Shown: piece by piece, positions 36,720 to 45,024 of the stretch | Numbering within the stretch: the first letter of the stretch is position 1 | Layout: the number at the start of each line of letters is the position of its first letter | NCBI GenBank assembly: GCA_963668315.1 | Contig: OY764216.1 | Location: forward strand, 5,376,001 to 5,440,000 | DNA length: 64,000 nucleotides | Direction of reading: 5' to 3' | DNA from: Spirochaetia bacterium | Lineage (GTDB): Bacteria; Spirochaetota; Spirochaetia; DSM-2461 | Translations under genes and position numbers: made by a program | Notes under the pieces: model-generated | The model's database searches: none | What the model was told of the DNA's origin: nothing | What the model saw: the letters and a program-made list of their open reading frames with translations, nothing else

Positions 36720-37847
36720 CTATAAAAGATCGGACATAACACGGTTCTTTCCGGCCTCTTTTCCCTGGTAGAGAAGCTGGTCAGCCCGTTCAAAGAGAGA
36801 GGCTTTGGTATCTCCCGGACGGTAGTGGGCCACACCGATGGTAAGGGTGACATGCAAAGAAAGGCCGGAACATTCCACCGGTTCCGCCGTGGTCTTAATC
36901 CTTATGCGCTCCATGGTCTCGCAAGCCTGCAGTTCCGTTGAGTCCCTGAGTATGAAAAGAAACTCCTCCCCTCCCCAGCGCCCCAGGAAATCGTAGGCTC
37001 TGATAGAACGGCTGAACCGGGAAGCCATCTCTTTCAGAACCTCGTCACCGATTTTATGGCCGTACTCGTCATTGACTCTCTTGAAATTATCCAGATCTCC
37101 CACCGCTAGGGAGATATTCCGAATTTCCCTGTCGGGAAAGGGCTCGTTCAGCACCAGCTCAAGTTCGCCTTCCACACTCCTTCGGTTGGGAAGATTCGTC
37201 AGAGCATCGGTATGGGCCATACGTCTGATTTTCCCATGGTATAATTTCAGCTCCTCCTCGGCATTCTTCAGAGTCATACCGAAGCGGAAGAAGCTCAGGG
37301 CCATGATTGTAAAGGTCAATATAATGTTCACTTCGTGAAAAACAAAGAGAGTTCTTTCCGGAATGGCATAAAGAGATCTGCCGTCTCCATAGATAAGAAT
37401 TATGGTCAGATAGGCAGCCACGATGGTCATCGACAGAGGAAAGGTAATGCGCTTTCTCGTATTTACATTCAGAGAAAGCAGAACATTGGCTGACAGAAGA
37501 TAGTAGTGTACCCCGAAATGAATACCAAAGAAATTCACATAGATAAATGTATTCACAAAGAGAGTTATCAGTCCCAGATAAAAGGCGAGAACGTATTTTT
37601 CCCTTCGTGAAAGATACGAGGCAGTCCCGAAGCAGGCCATAATGAGAATGCTGATATAAAAAGGTTTCATCAGGCCGGCAAGAAAATAGTAGATTGAGTA
37701 AAGTAATATCGACGTCACAGCCAATAGATAAATTGTCGTCTGAAAGGTGTAGATGGGGTTGTACGCCTTCTCTTCATCCATGCTTTCCATAAGTTTAAGT
37801 ATAGGTGCGGTAAATACGAAATCAAGAGGCGACCATTCCTTCATCAA
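36720..37847 (-). CDS. Membrane diguanylate cyclase
   Basis: About six TM helices; DALT.LPNR, DLDNFKRVND.YGH, RAYD I-site, GGEEF; start uncertain. Confidence 0.92.
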   Translation of the reverse strand: MMKEWSPLDFVFTAPILKLMESMDEEKAYNPIYTFQTTIYLLAVTSILLYSIYYFLAGLMKPFYISILIMACFGTASYLSRREKYVLAFYLGLITLFVNTFIYVNFFGIHFGVHYYLLSANVLLSLNVNTRKRITFPLSMTIVAAYLTIILIYGDGRSLYAIPERTLFVFHEVNIILTFTIMALSFFRFGMTLKNAEEELKLYHGKIRRMAHTDALTNLPNRRSVEGELELVLNEPFPDREIRNISLAVGDLDNFKRVNDEYGHKIGDEVLKEMASRFSRSIRAYDFLGRWGGEEFLFILRDSTELQACETMERIRIKTTAEPVECSGLSLHVTLTIGVAHYRPGDTKASLFERADQLLYQGKEAGKNRVMSDLL

Positions 37848-37902
37848 GGGAACAGGAGAAAGAAATTTGCTATCATCTCCTTTCCGATGTAAATTTAGAA
37901 GT

Positions 37903-39474
37903 ATGGACAGCCGGGGTGGAAGTGAACATGAGGAACTCTATCTTCTCCTTTCTTCGAAAAGCGAAAAGCTTCTGGAGATTGCCAACGATCTTCTGACCCA
38001 TGGCATGAAGGCCCGATCCTCCCAGGGATTTTTCAATTATCTCATATACCTGACCTCGGACCTGACCACGGCGATGGAGGACCACCGGGTTTTCGGCAAT
38101 GAAGACTGGCGGCCCTACTACCAGCTGACTCTGGAAACGAACAGCCTCTGCTCCATCATAAAAGAGATCATATCCCTGGAGAAAATCAATCACGGCCTTA
38201 CCGGTAATATTCCGGAGGAGAAACTCAGGAAGGACAATGAGAAGCTTAAGCTCATGGCCCGCGACCTTCTCCTGAATATCTGCGGCGCGCTCGTCAGGGA
38301 ATCGATGAAACTGCCTCTGAAATGCAGGATAGGCATGGCGGACGCCACCCTGTACCGGGACGACATCATCTACGATGTGCTGCCCCAGACATCCGGGGGT
38401 CGCAGCGAAATTCTGGAGGATGACAGGATTGTCTACCTGGCGGAAAGATTTCTGAACCTGGCCGGGGAATACCGCTATCTGAAACCGCCCGATCTGAAGG
38501 ATAAGGAGCGGGTCAATGGTTATATCCGGGCCCGGCTCAACGAAGAGAAGCTGGACTCCCTGGAGACCAAATCAATCCATCTGAAAAAGCTCTTTGAGAA
38601 ATATACCGATTTCAAGATAACCGCGTCCCATGGGGAAGACCTGCAGGAACTGCACCGCTACATCTCATCGGTCAGCAGCCTGATCAGGCTCGCCTACCTC
38701 ATCATCGATTTCAACAGGAGCCACTCCTTCCTTATGAGCATCTCCCATGTGGGAACCTATACGGCCAAGGACAACGGATTTTCCCCGGAGGATTTCACCT
38801 GGTTCATCATATCCTACGCCTTCTATTACATAGATCTTCTCTTCAAGGAGGGGGCGGCCCTCTGCCGGAGCATATTGAAGGATTACCTGACAATCTCAGA
38901 GGAGCCCCTTCCCGTACCGCCCTACCGCGGTTTTCATGTCCGGCCCTCCACCCTCGTCTCCCGAATTATACGGCATTACGGATCGGATATGACCATGGTC
39001 CTGGACGGGGAAGAGTACAACCCGGCCAGTCCTCTGGACCTGTTCCGGGCGAATGAGACAATCAACCGCAAGGCCCGGAGAGCTCTCAAGGAAGAGCTTA
39101 TCCAATACCTGACGGACAGAGGAGAGAGAGAAGGGGACAGCAGCGAAGAGCTTTTCAGAGCGGGTGTCTCCTTTTTATATAACCGGGGCCGAATTTTCAT
39201 CAAGGATATGGATGTATTTCTGGAAGCCCCCGCTGAGGGCTCAGCGGACTGGAGCCGGGAAGAGCGGATAAACGAGACGGCGGCCAGGGTGGACAGGCTG
39301 ATTATGGAAGAGAAGATTCATCTTCTCCTCACGGAAAGGGTGGTTTTCCGGGGGGATGCCCGGGTTCTGGAAGATCTCCGGACACTGGCCGATGGGGGGT
39401 ACGGAGAGGACCGGGAGGGCGGCAATATTCCCCTGCCTCCGGAACTTTCCTATCTCCGGCGCGAGTGGCAGTAG
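37903..39474 (+). CDS. Large protein with a C-terminal HPr-like phosphocarrier domain
   Basis: VPPYRGFHVRPSTLV (His15-like), NPASPLDL (Ser46-like), V.FRGD..VL; long helical N-terminus. Confidence 0.7.
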   Translation: MDSRGGSEHEELYLLLSSKSEKLLEIANDLLTHGMKARSSQGFFNYLIYLTSDLTTAMEDHRVFGNEDWRPYYQLTLETNSLCSIIKEIISLEKINHGLTGNIPEEKLRKDNEKLKLMARDLLLNICGALVRESMKLPLKCRIGMADATLYRDDIIYDVLPQTSGGRSEILEDDRIVYLAERFLNLAGEYRYLKPPDLKDKERVNGYIRARLNEEKLDSLETKSIHLKKLFEKYTDFKITASHGEDLQELHRYISSVSSLIRLAYLIIDFNRSHSFLMSISHVGTYTAKDNGFSPEDFTWFIISYAFYYIDLLFKEGAALCRSILKDYLTISEEPLPVPPYRGFHVRPSTLVSRIIRHYGSDMTMVLDGEEYNPASPLDLFRANETINRKARRALKEELIQYLTDRGEREGDSSEELFRAGVSFLYNRGRIFIKDMDVFLEAPAEGSADWSREERINETAARVDRLIMEEKIHLLLTERVVFRGDARVLEDLRTLADGGYGEDREGGNIPLPPELSYLRREWQ

Positions 39475-39480
39475 GCAGGA

Positions 39481-40446
39481 TTAAGCGACAAGCCCGGGAC
39501 CGGATGAGTGCAGCGCCGAAAGGATCTCGCCGCCGGAGGGCAGCCTTTTTACATTCCCCGAGGCATCAAACTCGGTCAGTCTTTTCAGAACGGGCAATTC
39601 ATGGCGCCTGAGCAGGATCCACTGCTCACCCCTTTCCGAATAAGGATGGTACCGCTCCCTCATCCGGGGAAAGCTGAAGAGGCCGTCCCCGTGATCCAGA
39701 GCCGGATAGAACTCATCCCTCACGCGGTTCAGCAGGGAAGGATTAACCGCCGTATTGACCAGAAAAGCCCAGATGTTATCCGTCACAGCCAGATAGACAC
39801 CGGGGAAACTGAGCCGGAAAGAGAGTAGTTCAAAGTGCTTTTCCGTACGGGGCAGCTGGTAGGGAGGCAGAAAAAGATAGTTCTTCTCCCTGCTCTTTCG
39901 GAAGGACAAGCGGCGCATATCCAGGGGGGCTTCCATATCGGTAAAGAGTTCGCTTTCCTCCCTGTCCGATCGGCTGACCGCGGTATAGAGCTCCTCCCAC
40001 CCGGGGAAAAAGGCGAACCTCTCGCCGATAAGCCCATAGGTTTTCTCCAGCCAGATCAGTCTCTCCGTGTTGAAGGGGATCAGGGAGGCGGAACAGTTCT
40101 CATCAAAGGCGTCGATGTACCAGCAGTTATGGGCATCATAGGATTTGCAGATCAGGCTCTGGCGGGCTTCTCCGTGAATGCCGCATTTCCCGTCCCTCCT
40201 GTCGAGGAAACGGCAGTCCCGCCGCAGATACACAGTCCACTCCCCCGTGCTTTTCAACGCAGGGAAAAGCCCCTCATAACAGGAAATGAGAAGCAGATTG
40301 ACAAAGTCCCTCTGACTGTCGAGCGTCAGGGGCGCCATAGGCAGATTCCGGCAGCAGGGAGTATCGCGGCAATGGGAGCAGGGCGATTCACCCCAGGCCT
40401 CCTGCCGGACTTTCAGATCTCCCGAAGCGGTTAATTTATCTTTCAT
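39481..40446 (-). CDS. YkgJ-like CxxCxxCC cysteine-cluster protein
   Basis: CSHCRDTPCC, CRFLD, CGIH, ICKSY. Confidence 0.7.
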   Translation of the reverse strand: MKDKLTASGDLKVRQEAWGESPCSHCRDTPCCRNLPMAPLTLDSQRDFVNLLLISCYEGLFPALKSTGEWTVYLRRDCRFLDRRDGKCGIHGEARQSLICKSYDAHNCWYIDAFDENCSASLIPFNTERLIWLEKTYGLIGERFAFFPGWEELYTAVSRSDREESELFTDMEAPLDMRRLSFRKSREKNYLFLPPYQLPRTEKHFELLSFRLSFPGVYLAVTDNIWAFLVNTAVNPSLLNRVRDEFYPALDHGDGLFSFPRMRERYHPYSERGEQWILLRRHELPVLKRLTEFDASGNVKRLPSGGEILSALHSSGPGLVA

Positions 40447-40529
40447 GACCCGGCATTCTCCTTAATCAAGAAAGATATACAGAGTAAAATGATTTATGTA
40501 AAGCCGGAAGACTCCGGGAGGTCTGTTTT

Positions 40530-41516
40530 TTACCAGTTATGATGCACGTCGTCCCTGATATACTCGTCATAAACCTTCCTGACGGCTCTCATCTGGTCAT
40601 CGGTGAGCCCGGGAGCGTCGGATACGGAGACATTCGACTCCACCTGGGAAGGACGGCTGGCACCGGGTATGATACAGCTTACCTGCTCATGCATGAGAAT
40701 CCACTTCAAGGCCGGCTCAACCAGAAGATCCTGACCGGGGAAAATCTCCCTCAGTTTTTCCACAGCCTCCAGACCCTTTTCATAGGGAATCCCCGCAAAG
40801 GTCTCTCCCTTGTCAAAGGCTTCCCCGTTCCTGTTGAAATTCCTGTGATCACTCTTCTCAAAGGTCGTTTCCTTCCTGAATTTCCCCGTTAGAAGTCCGC
40901 TGGCCAGAGGGACGCGTACGATGATGCCGATATCCTTCCTTTCCGCTTCCCGGAAAAAAAGTTCGGCCGGACGCTGTCTGAACATATTGAAAATGATCTG
41001 CACCGTCTCCACCCCGGGATACTCGATGGCCTTGAGCGCTTCCTCCACTCTTTCCACGCTGACCCCGTAATGGCGGATTTTCCCGGCTTTTTTCATGCGG
41101 TCCAGACTCTGGAACAGTTCCGGATGATAGTAGACATCGGTGGGAGGACAGTGAAGCTGCAGGAGATCCAGGGAGTCCCTGGCGGTATTTCTGAGGCTGT
41201 CATCGACAAACCCCTCTATGTTCTCCCCCGTATATCCTGAGGCGATATGGGGATTGAGCCTTCTGCCCGCCTTGGTGGCGAGTACGATCTCTTCCTTCCG
41301 CTCCCTTATGACCCTTCCCACAGCCTTTTCGCTGAGTCCGTTGCTGTAGACATCGGCCGTATCGAGAAAATTGATCCCCCTGTCGATGGCCAGATTAAGG
41401 GTTTGGTAGGCCGTTTCCTCATCGAAAGGCTTTCCCCATCCGCCTCCAAGCTGCCATGTTCCCAGAGAGATTTCCGAAATTTCATAACCCGTTTTTCCTA
41501 ACTTTCTATATTTCAT
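40530..41516 (-). CDS. Aldo/keto reductase
   Basis: LGTWQLGG, DTADVY, ATK, LQLH, PLASGLL, IPGA. Confidence 0.95.
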   Translation of the reverse strand: MKYRKLGKTGYEISEISLGTWQLGGGWGKPFDEETAYQTLNLAIDRGINFLDTADVYSNGLSEKAVGRVIRERKEEIVLATKAGRRLNPHIASGYTGENIEGFVDDSLRNTARDSLDLLQLHCPPTDVYYHPELFQSLDRMKKAGKIRHYGVSVERVEEALKAIEYPGVETVQIIFNMFRQRPAELFFREAERKDIGIIVRVPLASGLLTGKFRKETTFEKSDHRNFNRNGEAFDKGETFAGIPYEKGLEAVEKLREIFPGQDLLVEPALKWILMHEQVSCIIPGASRPSQVESNVSVSDAPGLTDDQMRAVRKVYDEYIRDDVHHNW

Positions 41517-41598
41517 ATAGTAAATATAACGATTCCGGTTGGGAAAAGCCAGAAATTACGGAGGAGCCCTGTGATCATTTCCGTTCCGAAAGGCCTCT

Positions 41599-42039
41599 TT
41601 ATTTGTGAAGCCCCTTTTCCACCTGCCTGATGATCGTGTTGACAGCCAGTCCCGGGAGTGTCCCTGACGCCTGATGGGCGATGGCCAGGCGGTCCGAAAG
41701 GGAGATATGGTAGACGCACTTGTCGCCGGAAAACTTGTAGGTACAGACGCTCCGGACATGAATCGTCCTGCCCTCATAACTCCCTTCATACACATGCTGA
41801 TAGATGGCGCTGTCCCCCTCAACGAGAATCCCTACGCCGTCGTCATAGAAACGGACATTGGCCAGAACGTTTTTCATCCATTTCAGGTAGGACTCGATCT
41901 CCCCTTTTCCCCGGAACGTCCCCTCATTGGTGATCCATTCGCAATCATCGGCAAAGAAGGACAGAGCCCCGTCCACCTCTCCCGATTCAAGATTATGAAT
42001 GAAATCCCGAATTGCCTTTTCCTTAGCATTCGCGGCCAT
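41599..42039 (-). CDS. SnoaL/NTF2-like protein
   Basis: D..LSFFADD......G.FRGK.EI pattern; GGAGG RBS before ATG 42039. Confidence 0.75.
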   Translation of the reverse strand: MAANAKEKAIRDFIHNLESGEVDGALSFFADDCEWITNEGTFRGKGEIESYLKWMKNVLANVRFYDDGVGILVEGDSAIYQHVYEGSYEGRTIHVRSVCTYKFSGDKCVYHISLSDRLAIAHQASGTLPGLAVNTIIRQVEKGLHK

Positions 42040-42090
42040 GGTAACCTCCTCCCATAATACAAATATCTCCCCCAAGGGGGCTCCTCTCTT

Positions 42091-45024
42091 CTACCGGTCC
42101 GACGGAACATCCTCCAGCCCGGCGAAATACTCAGCCAGGACAGCAACGGATTTCTTCTCATCCTGCCGCCATTCCGGGACATCCCACGTCTCCCATCGGT
42201 AGACGGGACCGTCTCCCCCGGATGGATCATCGGGGATACGGGCCAGAATATCTCCCCCCTCCCCGGCGATGAGAGCGTAGATCCGGATTCCCCCGCTCCG
42301 GGCTGTTTCGAGTACATCCCTCTCCGGGTAGGCCCGGTAGGCCCGGCCGTCGTCCAGAACGGTTCCCTCCGAGGGATCGCTCACGTTCAGCAGAGTCCAG
42401 GGAATCCGGAGGGTGAGCCCCGAATCATCCAGATAGAACGAGCGCCCCGCCTCATCGAGAGGGCCGTATTTAAGGATGCTCCAGTTCGTATAATAGGCGG
42501 GGATCTCCTCCCCCCCTTCGGTGCGAGAAGCCCGGTTGGTCAGAATTTCCACCGGCAGGAACGACTGCCCTTCCCTCCCGGAACTCCTGAAGGAGAGGGT
42601 GGAGAGATTGTAGTCCTCCGCCGTCAGAAGGCGGGCGCTCCTCTCTTCGGGCCGGACGACAGCCAGGCACTCCATTCCCGTGGGGACCGCAGCACCCCCC
42701 TTGCCGGGAAAGGTACGGATTCCCCCCTCCCTGTCGTATGTATCAAATCCCAGGTAAACGGTTCCTTCCCATGTCTCCCGTCCGGACATATGGAGGTAAA
42801 GATGGGATTCGGAACCCCAGACCTCAAGGGACACCCCCGCGGGAGAGTCATAACGGGACCGGCCCTTCTCCGAAACGCCCTTCATGGCCATGACGCCGTA
42901 ATTCTGCTCCGGGTCCATCACGTTCCGCCAGAGGGCCTGCCGGTCATAGGGAATCATGAAAGGCTCGGTCGTCCAGGTTTTCTTGGCCCACTCGTCTATC
43001 CACTCGAAGACCAGGCCCCCCGCGTATCCTTCCCGCCTTATCGCTTCGGTCATACGGATGATTCCCCGGGCCTGCTCCTCTTCCGAGAGGCCGCCGTGAT
43101 GATAACCGTCAGGACTGTAATGGGCCATGGCGGCGCTGGTGGAGATACCGTATTCGGCGACCAGGGCCGGGTACTTTCCGTGAATCCCCATGAAGTCCCG
43201 CAGATAGCCCCCGTAGCGGAAGAAACCCTCTTCGTCTTCGTATTCCCCGTAGGAACTCTGATTGTTCATAAAATCGGGATAGTTGGGATAGATATGATAG
43301 GCGCCGAAAAATCCGCCGAAGGACGAATCCTCCAGTACGATCCGGTTGATATCGACGGAAACCCTGTCATTGACCGGTTCCCTGCCCGCCAGCTCGGGAT
43401 CGTTCCACTCCACCTCATGATGGAGGGCGTCCAGGATAGGCCAGCTGACGATTCCCACCGGACGGGACACTCCGTATCTCTCCGTTTCATAAACGACGGC
43501 TCTGTCGCAGGAGGCGGCCAGCCAGGACTCCACGGCCGGCCCTTCCGGAGCTGAGATGTAACGGCCTTTGTACACGTAATCCCCGTTCCGTTCATTCGTG
43601 GTTTCCACCTCCTGGGGCTCCATTTCCCGCCCCACCAGCCAGGCGAGGATCCAGGGACTCACGTCGGCGGTGTATACGCCCCAGGCGCGCCCTTCCCTTG
43701 CTTCAACAGTCCGGTTGCCGTGAAGGGCGTCGACGGTAAGGTCAATCTCCTCCCCGTAGGTCCGGTTATAATCGTCCCCCAGATAGTCGTTCCCCTCCGG
43801 ATGCTCCTCCGGCCAGATTTCGTGGATCAGATAGAGGGGATCTTCCCGGTTGTTCCGGTTGAATTCACGAAAAGCGCGGTAGAAGGAGGGCGGGAACAGG
43901 GTATAGATCCTTAGCGTATTCATATTCATCTCTTTCATCCGGGTAAACCACCGGTAGTAGAGATGCTCGTCCTCGGGAAACTGGGTGAACCAGGTCCCGG
44001 GAAGAGCCGCTCCCAGGTTCACTCCCTTGATAAAAAAGGGCTCCCCCTCTCCCCCGTCGCGGGAAAGATAGAAATCCTGCCCCTCAATGGAAAAGACAGG
44101 ATTCGCCCCGATCCCGGAGGAACCGGTCTGAGCCGCGCGGCTCTTCTCTGTCACGCCGTTGATCCAGGGCTGGTATATCCGCCAGTATAACGCGTCATTT
44201 CCCTCTTCGGGAAACAGGGCGAAGCGGGATTTAAAAAGATCTTTCCCCGCTATTTTATAAGACTCGCCCAGAATCGTCCGGGGGGGCAGGTCGGCGGCAA
44301 AAAAACCGGTGCGGACCAGGGGGCTCACCCCTTCTATGATAAGGGGGACGGAGAGGGGAATCCCTGCCTCGCTCATCTTCCGCCTCCCCTCTTCTGTCAG
44401 TCCCAGCTCCAGCAGGGAGGCGGCCTGAGCATCACCGGCAGCCCGGTAGACGGGGACCCAGGTATAGACCGGGGCGGATTTCCCCCCCAGGGAGGCCTTC
44501 GGCGGTTTCCCCGAGAAATCCGTCCCCCCCCTCAGAACGACATCCTCACGGCCGTCCCGGGAGAAGACCAGCCGGGCTTCTTCCTTTCTCTCATAATGGA
44601 GGACCCAGCCGGTGCGCTCTATCTGAAGGAAGGTTTCCAGTCTGTTCCGGAACAGGGAGTGGACCCTCTCGGTCAGGGTATAGCCGTCGCAGAGAAAACT
44701 GCGGCTGTCCAGGGCGGATTTTTTCACCCCGTCCACCGCGAGAAGAGCCTCACCGTCGGAAAAATCCGCCGTCAGGGACCCGGCCAGAAGAGTGACATCC
44801 CCTTTCTCTCCGGAATCGCCCTCGCCAAGGATCTCGGCTTTACGGTAGAGGAAGGGCCACAGAAGCCTCTCCCTTCTCTCCTCTCCCTCGCCGGACGGAT
44901 CGGCCAGAATGACCCGGCAGGTCTCCGGTTGTTCCAGGCGCCACAGGAGAGAGGGCAGCCCTCCCCCCAGGAGAAGGATCAGGAGAAAAACCCGGGGCGG
45001 AGTGATAATCGGCCTAAGCTTCAC
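42091..45024 (-). CDS. Membrane-anchored putative glycoside hydrolase (clan GH-A/GH2-like TIM barrel)
   Basis: N-terminal TM; FFIKGVNLG, NTLRIYT, GREME, YHIYPNYP, VAEYG, FEWIDEWAK. Confidence 0.7.
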   Translation of the reverse strand: MKLRPIITPPRVFLLILLLGGGLPSLLWRLEQPETCRVILADPSGEGEERRERLLWPFLYRKAEILGEGDSGEKGDVTLLAGSLTADFSDGEALLAVDGVKKSALDSRSFLCDGYTLTERVHSLFRNRLETFLQIERTGWVLHYERKEEARLVFSRDGREDVVLRGGTDFSGKPPKASLGGKSAPVYTWVPVYRAAGDAQAASLLELGLTEEGRRKMSEAGIPLSVPLIIEGVSPLVRTGFFAADLPPRTILGESYKIAGKDLFKSRFALFPEEGNDALYWRIYQPWINGVTEKSRAAQTGSSGIGANPVFSIEGQDFYLSRDGGEGEPFFIKGVNLGAALPGTWFTQFPEDEHLYYRWFTRMKEMNMNTLRIYTLFPPSFYRAFREFNRNNREDPLYLIHEIWPEEHPEGNDYLGDDYNRTYGEEIDLTVDALHGNRTVEAREGRAWGVYTADVSPWILAWLVGREMEPQEVETTNERNGDYVYKGRYISAPEGPAVESWLAASCDRAVVYETERYGVSRPVGIVSWPILDALHHEVEWNDPELAGREPVNDRVSVDINRIVLEDSSFGGFFGAYHIYPNYPDFMNNQSSYGEYEDEEGFFRYGGYLRDFMGIHGKYPALVAEYGISTSAAMAHYSPDGYHHGGLSEEEQARGIIRMTEAIRREGYAGGLVFEWIDEWAKKTWTTEPFMIPYDRQALWRNVMDPEQNYGVMAMKGVSEKGRSRYDSPAGVSLEVWGSESHLYLHMSGRETWEGTVYLGFDTYDREGGIRTFPGKGGAAVPTGMECLAVVRPEERSARLLTAEDYNLSTLSFRSSGREGQSFLPVEILTNRASRTEGGEEIPAYYTNWSILKYGPLDEAGRSFYLDDSGLTLRIPWTLLNVSDPSEGTVLDDGRAYRAYPERDVLETARSGGIRIYALIAGEGGDILARIPDDPSGGDGPVYRWETWDVPEWRQDEKKSVAVLAEYFAGLEDVPSDR

